From: an uncultured virus (IMG/VR IMGVR_UViG_3300035436_000128)
Taxonomy: Duplodnaviria; Heunggongvirae; Uroviricota; Caudoviricetes
IMG/VR virus record: IMGVR_UViG_3300035436_000128
Location: 62,001-85,685 of that record
DNA length: 23,685 nucleotides
Reading direction: 5' to 3' (one strand)
Every line of letters starts with the position of its first letter. Within the stretch, counting starts at the first letter, position 1. Below the pieces are notes generated by a model that worked only from the letters and a program-made list of their open reading frames with translations, had not been told where the DNA came from and did not search any database. Shown here in pieces: positions 1 through 8,101 of the stretch. The position numbers and the translations under genes are program-made.

Positions 1-1987
1 CTCCTATACTGACGGCTATGATACCGTCTATAAGAGATAGGTCAGACATTATTTGGCTGTGCAACACGTCGTCGACAACCAAAATGCTGTGTTGCACTAA
101 ATCAGCTTGGCCAACCGACTGTTGCTGCAGGATGCCTGTTAACTCAAGTAGGCCAGCCTGCGTCAGCAGCAACTGGTCCAGGGATTGTGGCTGGACCATG
201 GCGGTGGCTGACACCACAGCCTGCACCGTCAACGACAATTCGCCCAACAAGTGGTGCTGGAGGACCCCCGACACAGTCAGAATATTGTCCTGTGACAACA
301 GTGTAGCGTCCAAGGTTTGAAGTTGAGAGACGTCCGACAAACTTAACGTACCCTGTTGCGTCAGCCCTATGGACGATACCAGCTGAGCCTGACTCACACT
401 GCTAAGGGCCAGCATTGCCTCAAAGGATAAGGAAGGCACTTCCATGACTTGGGTTTGTGCGACGTTTGACGGAGCGACTATGCTGCTCTGGGTCAGGTTT
501 ACGGTGGCAATCGCTTGGCTTTGATCTACAGCACTAGGATTGACAGACCCCGATTGAAAAACGTTAGGCGAGGACAGTAGTTGTGCGTTGGTTACACCGG
601 TCAATATCAAACTAATCGACTGAGCAAGATTTGGTGCGGACAACAGCTGCCCTTGGGCCAGCCCAGACACCTGAAGGTTAGCCTGCTGTGTGAGCGACAC
701 TGTCGACAAAACTTGTGGTTGGGTTATGGACGCTGCAACCAATACCGCCTGCTGAATCACATTTAAGACGCCCAACACCTGGGCCTGAGACATACCCTGG
801 ACTGACAGCAGGGATTGTTGCAGCAAGCTTACCTGGGCCAACACTTGGCCCTGTGATAGACCATGGACCGACAACAACACCTGCTGAGTTAAGTCCAGGG
901 CAGCCAGCACCTGTGCCTGAGACATATCCTGTATGGATAGCAGGGACTGCTGTACTAGAGAGACTGCGGATGCTAGTTGTCCTTGGGTCAACGAGCTTAC
1001 TGACAGCGTCTGGCTAACAGTTAGCGCGACACTTATGATAGTGTGAGAGTGTATCCAGGAGGATGTTTCATGATAAACACCTCCAACTCCCTCGCACCAT
1101 TGCTTAGTCAGCGGTCCGCCATTGTTTTGGTACCACTCATCGGCGTAGACTGGCCAGCCATCAAAATCGCAGTAAGCCATGCCTCCTGGCATTTGTAGAG
1201 GCGTGTCCATCGCGAGCAAAGGTGAGCTTTGAACCTGCGCCTGAGACATATCCTGTATATCGAGAAATACGGATGAACCTGCACCCATATCAAAATAGAC
1301 AATTCGTTTTTCAGGTTGAAAAAGTTGCTGTGGATTTCTCGCTATACTTATCTTTTCGGCGTCAGAGAGTCTGCCATAAAATATGGCTGTCCATGCTATA
1401 GGGCTATCCCAGAACCTCCAGGGCGTTGTTACGTTTGCACCAGAACCTACATATATTGGAAATGCTTTTCTGGAGGGTAATGTAAGTGTGCCAGAGTTGG
1501 AAACTATATTGCCGTTCTGATGTATATAACCAACTCTATTGGGTCCAGCCACGGAAGCAGCCGATACTTCGGCGAAGTATGTTAAAGGGATGCCCGCTAC
1601 CGGTAGATCAACATTCACTTGTAGATTGGATGGGGTGTATGAGGTTAGTTGTAAAACGCTGCTTGATCTTAGAACAAGTGGTTCTAAAATCCCCCCATCA
1701 TAGGGGGTTGCGATAGCATACTTAAACTCGGTCAGGCCTACGGGCGTTGTACTGACTCCCGAAACCAAAATAGTTAAGGATTCGTCAGACCAGTTTTGTA
1801 TAGCCCTTTTATACTGTGCTCCTGAAAATACATCTGCTTGTAAGTTTCCCGCTACCCCCAAGCCTAAAGCAGAAGCATTGGCAACCTGCTTGTTAAAGAA
1901 AGGGCTATTTAAGAAATGAATCCTCCCTTTCCAAGCATCCGCAATATCTACAGGATTCTTATGGTTTGCCAGTATTAACTGAGACAT
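1..1987 (-). CDS. Fibre/spike-like virion protein, 3'-truncated by the window edge: N-terminal LamG/concanavalin-like domain followed by about 16-17 repeats of 22 aa
   Basis: Translated by hand. ATG at 1987 overlaps the upstream stop (TAATG) and the frame is open to base 1 (MSQLILANHKNPVDIADAWKG...). 'AWTAIFYGRLSDAEKISIARNPQQLFQP' resembles the C-terminus of phage LamG-like domains, then come repeats such as GLSQGQVLAQVSLLQQSLLSVQ / GMSQAQVLGVLNVIQQAVLVAA. Confidence 0.8.
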   Translation of the reverse strand, partial: MSQLILANHKNPVDIADAWKGRIHFLNSPFFNKQVANASALGLGVAGNLQADVFSGAQYKRAIQNWSDESLTILVSGVSTTPVGLTEFKYAIATPYDGGILEPLVLRSSSVLQLTSYTPSNLQVNVDLPVAGIPLTYFAEVSAASVAGPNRVGYIHQNGNIVSNSGTLTLPSRKAFPIYVGSGANVTTPWRFWDSPIAWTAIFYGRLSDAEKISIARNPQQLFQPEKRIVYFDMGAGSSVFLDIQDMSQAQVQSSPLLAMDTPLQMPGGMAYCDFDGWPVYADEWYQNNGGPLTKQWCEGVGGVYHETSSWIHSHTIISVALTVSQTLSVSSLTQGQLASAVSLVQQSLLSIQDMSQAQVLAALDLTQQVLLSVHGLSQGQVLAQVSLLQQSLLSVQGMSQAQVLGVLNVIQQAVLVAASITQPQVLSTVSLTQQANLQVSGLAQGQLLSAPNLAQSISLILTGVTNAQLLSSPNVFQSGSVNPSAVDQSQAIATVNLTQSSIVAPSNVAQTQVMEVPSLSFEAMLALSSVSQAQLVSSIGLTQQGTLSLSDVSQLQTLDATLLSQDNILTVSGVLQHHLLGELSLTVQAVVSATAMVQPQSLDQLLLTQAGLLELTGILQQQSVGQADLVQHSILVVDDVLHSQIMSDLSLIDGIIAVSIG

Positions 1988-2469
1988 TACGCATCAGTTC
2001 CAATTAGAGAATGAGGCCTCCAACCAATAACGTTTCCAGAGCCTGCTAGAGAAACATTAGCTCGATTTCTAAACCCCCATCTGTATTTGCCTGGAGGGAG
2101 TTGGATATTTCTTACAGTTATGTTTTGGGCCACCGTTGAGCCAGAGGTTACCCCCACCCCTACAAAGTATTGGTTGTTTTCTTGCCTGTCCGTTGTTACG
2201 TCACCCATCCAGTTTGGATAGTTTGTTCCATCAACGCAAGGGACTAGGTAACATTCGATTGTTGAATCGGTCCCTGCAAAAGCTGCACTTGCGAGCTCAA
2301 TCTCAAGATCGCATAAATAATACTTATTCGTGGAGTTATCTATCTCATCGGACAAACTTGTCCACTCGTCATTGGTTAACCCGTTTAATACTTGAGCTTG
2401 CCCCCCAGTCCAAGTTATTGCAGACAGCGAGGCGAGATAACCACTTGTCTTAGTTGTAAAAGTAGTCAT
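1987..2469 (-). CDS. Hypothetical protein, beta-rich, probably virion-associated
   Basis: 160-aa ORF translationally coupled to both neighbours (TAATG overlaps), within the late operon. Confidence 0.75.
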   Translation of the reverse strand: MTTFTTKTSGYLASLSAITWTGGQAQVLNGLTNDEWTSLSDEIDNSTNKYYLCDLEIELASAAFAGTDSTIECYLVPCVDGTNYPNWMGDVTTDRQENNQYFVGVGVTSGSTVAQNITVRNIQLPPGKYRWGFRNRANVSLAGSGNVIGWRPHSLIGTDA

Positions 2470-2918
2470 TAGTTACCCCCTAATCTTGCAACTGCAATAT
2501 CATTCTCAGTCGGATTTATCCCCAGTTCTTCAGCTCTGCTTATAGTTTCAGTTGCAAGGTAGAGCAGGGTGGCTTTATGCACCTCAGTGAAGTCAGGGAT
2601 AAGCTCCTCTTCGACCAGATCGTCTAACATGGCAATGAACTTCGCTTGAACTTCTGGGATGGTCAGGTCGAAGGTTGGGAAATCCTCTAAAGCTAAAGAT
2701 ACCGCTCTACAGGAAGCTGCCTGACTATCCTTAATCGGAATCCGCAGATCGATCAAGCTGAAGTATTGTTTAATACTATGGGAAGATATTTTTCCTAATC
2801 TTGAGATGTCTTTTCGATTAAGAATTGAGAGGATAACCCCATCCTGCCCAGACAGTATATAAGGGGCAATCTCCTCTGCTAGAGGTCCTGCTGTAAGTTC
2901 TTGGTTTAGATTAGTCAT
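2469..2918 (-). CDS. Hypothetical protein
   Basis: 149-aa ORF overlapping its neighbours in the same operon. Confidence 0.75.
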   Translation of the reverse strand: MTNLNQELTAGPLAEEIAPYILSGQDGVILSILNRKDISRLGKISSHSIKQYFSLIDLRIPIKDSQAASCRAVSLALEDFPTFDLTIPEVQAKFIAMLDDLVEEELIPDFTEVHKATLLYLATETISRAEELGINPTENDIAVARLGGN

Positions 2919-3156
2919 ATTCCATCTCGTTTTTGTGTCTGGACATTACCCGTCCTGCGTTGCTCAAGTCGTTGAAATAGGAGCTGCGGCAGTGTTTGTG
3001 GTCCCAGAAAAATATGAGGTCGATTACCTCTATAGCCCACTTGGTTTGAGTTCTGTAAGCCCGACCAGACAGGCACTCATCAGGGTGCCCATTTAAGAAA
3101 ATGGTGTTTATCGATTGACTAATTACATTTCCGACCCTTCCTAAATAAGCACGCAT
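2911..3156 (-). CDS. Small phage hypothetical protein
   Basis: 81 aa with 'GHPDECLSGRAYR...IDLIFFWDHKHCRSSY', a pattern I recall from small phage proteins; GAGGTG SD upstream. Confidence 0.75.
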   Translation of the reverse strand: MRAYLGRVGNVISQSINTIFLNGHPDECLSGRAYRTQTKWAIEVIDLIFFWDHKHCRSSYFNDLSNAGRVMSRHKNEMEYD

Positions 3157-3158
3157 AA

Positions 3159-3551
3159 TTACACCTCTTTTGTATCACAACGAGTTAAAAAACGAACCCT
3201 GTCCAGCAGTCTGACGGTTCTACTCACCTCCACGGCCCCCTTGTGACGCTCAAAAGTTGCTGTTTCAAGCTGGGGCTCGGCTTCCAATAAGCGTAAGCAC
3301 AAATCCAGGTGGTGGTGGTTCTCGAACCTATGACCTACTTTAACACCAGCCCCCTCAGCCCCCATAAACACTAATCTTGTAAGGTGTGCATTATTACCCA
3401 GGATACGGACCGCACAGGAACCTACGTAGCGGGGGAGCATCCTAAACGGTGTGTGAATATCAACAGGCTCCGAGTAAAATCTTGCGGAGTACATCACACC
3501 ATCTGGGCAACCTCTGCACTCCTTCAGGAGAATACAATACGACGTAGTCAT
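3159..3551 (-). CDS. Hypothetical protein
   Basis: 130-aa ORF with 2-bp gaps to both neighbours. Confidence 0.65.
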   Translation of the reverse strand: MTTSYCILLKECRGCPDGVMYSARFYSEPVDIHTPFRMLPRYVGSCAVRILGNNAHLTRLVFMGAEGAGVKVGHRFENHHHLDLCLRLLEAEPQLETATFERHKGAVEVSRTVRLLDRVRFLTRCDTKEV

Positions 3552-3553
3552 AC

Positions 3554-3946
3554 TTACAACCCCGAGAGGTTGCTGTCTGGAAAATCCGGCATCAGGTCAG
3601 TAGCTCTGCGACCCCTATGTCGGCTTTCTGAAGATGCCATGCCCATCACGACTTGCTCTAGCCTGGGTAAGATGTCGTTCAGCCTCTCTATACTGGCGTT
3701 TAGGCGGATGACAGCCTCTCTATTTTGGTGCAGGGCTTCCCGCTGAGATTTCATCTCCTCCCAAATATCCTTGTGGGTCTCGTCGATCCTAAGGATGTCG
3801 TTCGTGTGCTGCCGCTTCATCCCCTCCAATTCCATTTTGAGGGTTCTGTTCTCGGCGTTGACGGCCTTCGTGTACAGGGTTGCGACCATGCCTCCTACCG
3901 CGAGTGCTATGGTGGTCAACCAGTTAATATCAACGTCAACAGTCAT
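3554..3946 (-). CDS. Single-TM, coiled-coil protein next to the endolysin (possible lysis accessory/holin-like)
   Basis: N-terminal hydrophobic stretch WLTTIALAVGGMVATLY, then a heptad-like helix; abuts the lysozyme stop. Confidence 0.6.
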   Translation of the reverse strand: MTVDVDINWLTTIALAVGGMVATLYTKAVNAENRTLKMELEGMKRQHTNDILRIDETHKDIWEEMKSQREALHQNREAVIRLNASIERLNDILPRLEQVVMGMASSESRHRGRRATDLMPDFPDSNLSGL

Positions 3947-4465
3947 TTAGTTGCCCTCGTCAGGTGTTAAAAACAATTGCCTCTCGGCTTCCCGGCGCAA
4001 GGTTAAACCTCGCAACACCTTCCCGCCTGACTTATTCCATAACAGGAAGGCAGCCGCCGCGCCTGTGACGTCACCTGCGTTGAGTCTCTTTAACACCGTC
4101 GATCTACTCAAGGCTCCCAGTCCTATGTTATAGGCCAAGCTTACGAGAGCAGAGAATTGATTACTGGTGACACCCACCTCTAACAGGTTGGAAACGCCCT
4201 CGGCAAACTTGGCTGTGTCTTCCTTGAGGGACTGTTCTGCTTGGTCCTCTGATATGGAACCATACTTTGCGTAGGCCTCAGATCGGCCCTTGGGCCCTCG
4301 TAGGAAATCACCTTGAGCATTTGTCAAGGCTCGACCCCAACCTATGGTCCAGATACCTGCTGGACACATCTTCGGTTGTAAGCCTATGGTAGCCAAGTCC
4401 CCGTCGTGCAAGGACTCAAACTTCTTGATTAGGGCTAAACCCGCTGCATTAATTGACGTATTCAT
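3947..4465 (-). CDS. Endolysin, GH24 phage lysozyme
   Basis: Motifs 'GLALIKKFES...CPAGIWTIGWG', 'NQFSALVSLAYNIG', 'FLLWNKSGGKVLRGLTLRREAERQLF'. Confidence 0.95.
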   Translation of the reverse strand: MNTSINAAGLALIKKFESLHDGDLATIGLQPKMCPAGIWTIGWGRALTNAQGDFLRGPKGRSEAYAKYGSISEDQAEQSLKEDTAKFAEGVSNLLEVGVTSNQFSALVSLAYNIGLGALSRSTVLKRLNAGDVTGAAAAFLLWNKSGGKVLRGLTLRREAERQLFLTPDEGN

Positions 4466-4495
4466 GGCTGCGAGTTTACCGGTTAATTCAGGGGT

Positions 4496-4687
4496 TTACA
4501 AGTCGGCTAGGTCTCTGCAATCGGCGCAGCACCAGCGTCGCTGGTCTGGTACCGGGTCTCCGCAAGTCCAACAGAACCCCGATTCATTCACGGGTATTTG
4601 GTTGGCTTTCTTGCGGATGTTGGCGACCGCAGCATCGAGCAGCTTCTGCTCCATCTGAACACTGTGGTCGGTGTCTATCTCGTCCAT
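4496..4687 (-). CDS. TraR/DksA-like C4 zinc-finger protein
   Basis: 63 aa; acidic N-terminus MDEID, a helix, then CWTC...CADC. Confidence 0.75.
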   Translation of the reverse strand: MDEIDTDHSVQMEQKLLDAAVANIRKKANQIPVNESGFCWTCGDPVPDQRRWCCADCRDLADL

Positions 4688-4923
4688 TAATCTAAGACTT
4701 TGAACAAGCCCGCTTCGATTTGATGGCGGACGAATGCATTGTCGGGACTGTTCAGGTCTAAGACCTCCACCACTCTACCTTCCGGAAACAGCGTCCCTGT
4801 GACGGGGTGTCGCAACCTACCTGCTAAAACTTGGATTCGTGCAGGCTTGGTTTCCGCAACTGGATCGGTAACTGGATCGGTAACTGGATCGGTAACTGGA
4901 TCGGTTTTTGGTTTTAAAGCCAT
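4687..4923 (-). CDS. Hypothetical protein with (TDPV)4 linker
   Basis: 78-aa ORF with AGGAG SD, just downstream of the capsid terminator. Confidence 0.75.
   Translation of the reverse strand: MALKPKTDPVTDPVTDPVTDPVAETKPARIQVLAGRLRHPVTGTLFPEGRVVEVLDLNSPDNAFVRHQIEAGLFKVLD
4858..4905. repeat. 12-bp tandem repeat AACTGGATCGGT x4
   Basis: Four exact copies read directly; they encode TDPV repeats. Confidence 0.95.
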
Positions 4924-4934
4924 AATGTTCTCCT

Positions 4935-4962
4935 AAAAAAAGGGGCACCCGAAGGTGCCCCT
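4935..4962 (-). terminator. Rho-independent terminator after the major capsid gene
   Basis: Minus strand reads AGGGGCACC-TTCG-GGTGCCCCT-TTTTTT (C-UUCG-G tetraloop plus U tract). Confidence 0.92.
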
Positions 4963-4977
4963 AGTAAACCCCAACTA

Positions 4978-6171
4978 TTAAGCTGCCAGAGTCAAACCTG
5001 TGAAGGCTTCGTCATACAACTTAACCAATGAGATACCGAAATCAAAGCGCATTGCACGGCTTCTACGCAATGCAAATTCTTCAATCGCGCTGTAACTCGC
5101 AGTTGTGTTGGTGATTTCGTGTAGACCGAAACGACTGTCGAAACCCACCAAACGGTTGGCACCGATGGTACTGGTTGGCAATAACAACAAGCGTGGGCTT
5201 GGCAAGCCCATGTTCTCGATGGAGTAGTCCACTGGGAAAGACGCCTGACGTGCTGAGTTGTCAGTATCGCTTGTTGGTTTGTTGGTACGGCTATCCACGT
5301 CCAAAGCGGCGTCGATGTCGCCCAGGATGTGTGTGATAGTCATTTTTTGGTAGTTGGCTCTCAACCATTTCACAAACGCTCTGTGAGTGAGTTTCACACC
5401 ACCTGTCACCGCTGAATCGAAAGTAGAGGCATTGGCAAAAGCCACCGCACTGATACCGAAGTCTATATCTCCACCGATAATATTCGCCATATCTTCTTCG
5501 ATACGACGAATACGCTCACCACGGGCCTGAGACGCCAACGCGATACCCACCAAGTCGATAGCGGTGGCCTGCAAAGCTTGGTCCGCGATTTGCAAACCGA
5601 TGGCTTTAGTTGGAATGGTGTAAGACTTTTCGCTCAGAGTGATAGACACCATGGTAGCAGGCTCAGCCAGCTGACCAATTGGTTGTGCAGAGGAACCTTC
5701 TGGTGCGGTTACGTTGATCAAAGGTTGGTCAGCGCGAGGACCAGTTACCGAGGTACGCATTGCAATAGCACTCTCCCAAGGAGACAGGTAATCTTCCTTG
5801 CTAGAGGTCAAAGTCTCGTTGATCATTTGCATCATGATTTCGGGGAACAAGATGCGACCAGCGGTGGTTTGACGATCAGAGCCATTAGGTCGAACGATGG
5901 TGCCTGCGTGTTTTTCCAGGTTACCATGATAGATTTCCTTCATGGATGTAGCAGGGATACCACGAGCGGTGTCAGCTCTTAAGCGGATGCCGGCAGACTG
6001 GATCATTTGCTCAAATGCGGTCGGGGCTCCCACCGGAGTAGGGTACTTGGTCGCATACAATTGGCTAAGCGACAATTGTTGCTCGCCTGCTTCCATATAA
6101 TGGGTGACATCCAATGTGACTGTTTTCCGCTCACCGGTCACGTCTACAAAACTAACTTCGTTTTCTTTCAT
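4978..6171 (-). CDS. Major capsid protein
   Basis: 397 aa; position in the order portal-protease-decoration-MCP; SD upstream and terminator downstream. Confidence 0.85.
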   Translation of the reverse strand: MKENEVSFVDVTGERKTVTLDVTHYMEAGEQQLSLSQLYATKYPTPVGAPTAFEQMIQSAGIRLRADTARGIPATSMKEIYHGNLEKHAGTIVRPNGSDRQTTAGRILFPEIMMQMINETLTSSKEDYLSPWESAIAMRTSVTGPRADQPLINVTAPEGSSAQPIGQLAEPATMVSITLSEKSYTIPTKAIGLQIADQALQATAIDLVGIALASQARGERIRRIEEDMANIIGGDIDFGISAVAFANASTFDSAVTGGVKLTHRAFVKWLRANYQKMTITHILGDIDAALDVDSRTNKPTSDTDNSARQASFPVDYSIENMGLPSPRLLLLPTSTIGANRLVGFDSRFGLHEITNTTASYSAIEEFALRRSRAMRFDFGISLVKLYDEAFTGLTLAA

Positions 6172-6185
6172 GTTTAACTCCTGAA

Positions 6186-6635
6186 TTAGATTTTTTCGAT
6201 CAAGACCAAGTCGCCAGCAACGCCGGTTCCTGTCATGTTACGGATCACCCGCCACTTGAAGTTAGCAGGGGCACCCTGGATAACTTTTGGATAGGTATTC
6301 GCCGTCCCCAAAGCCGCTGAAGTTCCCGCCACACACAACTCACCGACGATCAGTGTACCTGTTTGGGCGGCATCCACTTGGGCGATCATACGCTTGTCAC
6401 GTCTGACTGAGCCAAAGCTGAAACCGTCGTTGACGGTATTGGCCTCAACGGAAGACACGAAACCTTCGATCTCGTCGTTGGCGGCGCACAGCACGTAGTT
6501 GTTGTTGGCTGCCATTTTAACGGGCTTGCCGATGTCTTTGTCGCTGAACTTGCCGGAGGCATTAACCCCCAAAGCTGCCGAGACCACATCTGCATGTGGG
6601 CTGTTGACTAATTCAGTAAATACGAATGTGGTCAT
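6186..6635 (-). CDS. Head decoration / capsid cement protein
   Basis: 149 aa, Gly/Ala/Val rich, between protease/scaffold and MCP (lambda gpD position); GAGGT SD. Confidence 0.7.
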   Translation of the reverse strand: MTTFVFTELVNSPHADVVSAALGVNASGKFSDKDIGKPVKMAANNNYVLCAANDEIEGFVSSVEANTVNDGFSFGSVRRDKRMIAQVDAAQTGTLIVGELCVAGTSAALGTANTYPKVIQGAPANFKWRVIRNMTGTGVAGDLVLIEKI

Positions 6636-6655
6636 TTTTAATACCTCTTAGTGGA

Positions 6656-8101
6656 TTACTTGGATTTGTTGAATCGTGCCAAATCCATCAGGATTTGTTC
6701 GTTGTGTTTCGCCAGCGCACTCATAGCAGTATCTTCCTCAGCGGACTCGTCCACTTGGGCAGATACCCGGCCACCAACGGGGAATCGTTTGCACAGTTGG
6801 GCATCCACTTGCGCATGTTGCTGAACCAGAACACTGGCATCCAGAGACATTAAAGAATCGGTATCCGAGGCTGAACTGCCCAAGGCTACTTGACCTCTTT
6901 GGATGGTCTTTACAACAATCGCTTTCATGGATTCTGTATTGGCACCCAACTGGGTCAATTGAGTTTCAGCCATTGACAACTTGGCTTTGGCTTCACCTAA
7001 TTGAGTGGTCAGGTTGGTCACCAGTTTTGTGAAGACACCTGCTGAGGCTTCTTGCTCACCCGTATCTTCCTGCTCATCAACTTCATCGGTTGACTCGTCG
7101 GTTGACTCGTCGGTTGACGCAACCTCTGGGTCTTCCACCGCCTGCTCGTTTTCCAACGCGACCGCTACCGGCACACCAGAGGCGATAGCCGCTGCCGCCT
7201 GCTCCGAGATTTGTTTCTTTTTCATATCTACCCCTAGTGAGTTTTGATAATTCATTGTATTTTCTTCACTTTCTTCTGAAAGTGCAATAAAAACTTCACG
7301 GAAAGTCTTGACACCGTCGATCAGACCTTTATTCAAGGCGTCCGCCGCATACCACACGTCACCCGTGGCAATTTCCTTAGCCACGTAGTCTCTAGCCATC
7401 CCAGTATTCTCCGTAATGGCATCCACGAAAAACTCATGACTCTGGTCTATGTCGGCCTGGATTTTCTCCCTGGCTTTATCAGTCAGTTTCTCGTAGGGGC
7501 TTCCCAGCGCTTTATTGGGCGCCGACCGCAACACAGTCTTGGTTATACCTGCTGCATCTAGCATGCCTTTGACTTCTGTATGAACCGCAATCACACCCAA
7601 GGAGCCCACCTGAGCCATCGGGGTTGCATAGAAGGAGTCAGCCGCTGTAGCCAACCACAACCCTCCTGACATGGCTCGATTGGATGTAAAGGATACAGTG
7701 TCATACTCCTCTGCCAAGTCCTTGATGAACTGGGAAGCGTCCTCCACACCAGAAACCGTGCCACCGGGGGTGTCCCAATCCAGGATAAAGGACGTGGCGT
7801 TTTGGGCTATACCTGATTGGATAGCCTCTTTGATGTCCTCGTAGCCTACAAAACCAAACCACTTGCCCCAAATACCGGCCCTGCCTTGTTCCATGGGTCC
7901 AGTGATACTGATAATAGCGACGTTACCCCTAACATCCGTCATCCAATGCGACTTGTCCTCATCGTCTTCCCAGTCAGATGCTTTCTGTCTCAGTTCATCA
8001 GAGGCTTCGTCAACCTTCTGGTGTGCCAGCAGTAGGAGCTCATGAGCGACTTCATCTCCAAGCCACATTTCAGTCTTAAGGTTTACCTTGTCTTTAGCCA
8101 T
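6656..8101 (-). CDS. S49 (SppA/lambda gpC-like) prohead protease fused to a scaffold domain
   Basis: Motifs DTPGG, AMSGGLWLA, GSLGV, NKALGSPY; acidic/coiled-coil C-terminus. Start set at ATG 8101, which has a GGAGG SD. Confidence 0.9.
   Translation of the reverse strand: MAKDKVNLKTEMWLGDEVAHELLLLAHQKVDEASDELRQKASDWEDDEDKSHWMTDVRGNVAIISITGPMEQGRAGIWGKWFGFVGYEDIKEAIQSGIAQNATSFILDWDTPGGTVSGVEDASQFIKDLAEEYDTVSFTSNRAMSGGLWLATAADSFYATPMAQVGSLGVIAVHTEVKGMLDAAGITKTVLRSAPNKALGSPYEKLTDKAREKIQADIDQSHEFFVDAITENTGMARDYVAKEIATGDVWYAADALNKGLIDGVKTFREVFIALSEESEENTMNYQNSLGVDMKKKQISEQAAAAIASGVPVAVALENEQAVEDPEVASTDESTDESTDEVDEQEDTGEQEASAGVFTKLVTNLTTQLGEAKAKLSMAETQLTQLGANTESMKAIVVKTIQRGQVALGSSASDTDSLMSLDASVLVQQHAQVDAQLCKRFPVGGRVSAQVDESAEEDTAMSALAKHNEQILMDLARFNKSK
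7087..7118. repeat. 12-bp tandem repeat (CGGTTGACTCGT, about 2.7 copies) encoding STDE repeats in the scaffold linker
   Basis: Read directly; the protein shows STDESTDESTDE. Confidence 0.85.

Noticed and set aside
18..1716. Short + strand ORFs in the ORF track
   Set aside because: Antisense shadows of the long - strand fibre gene.
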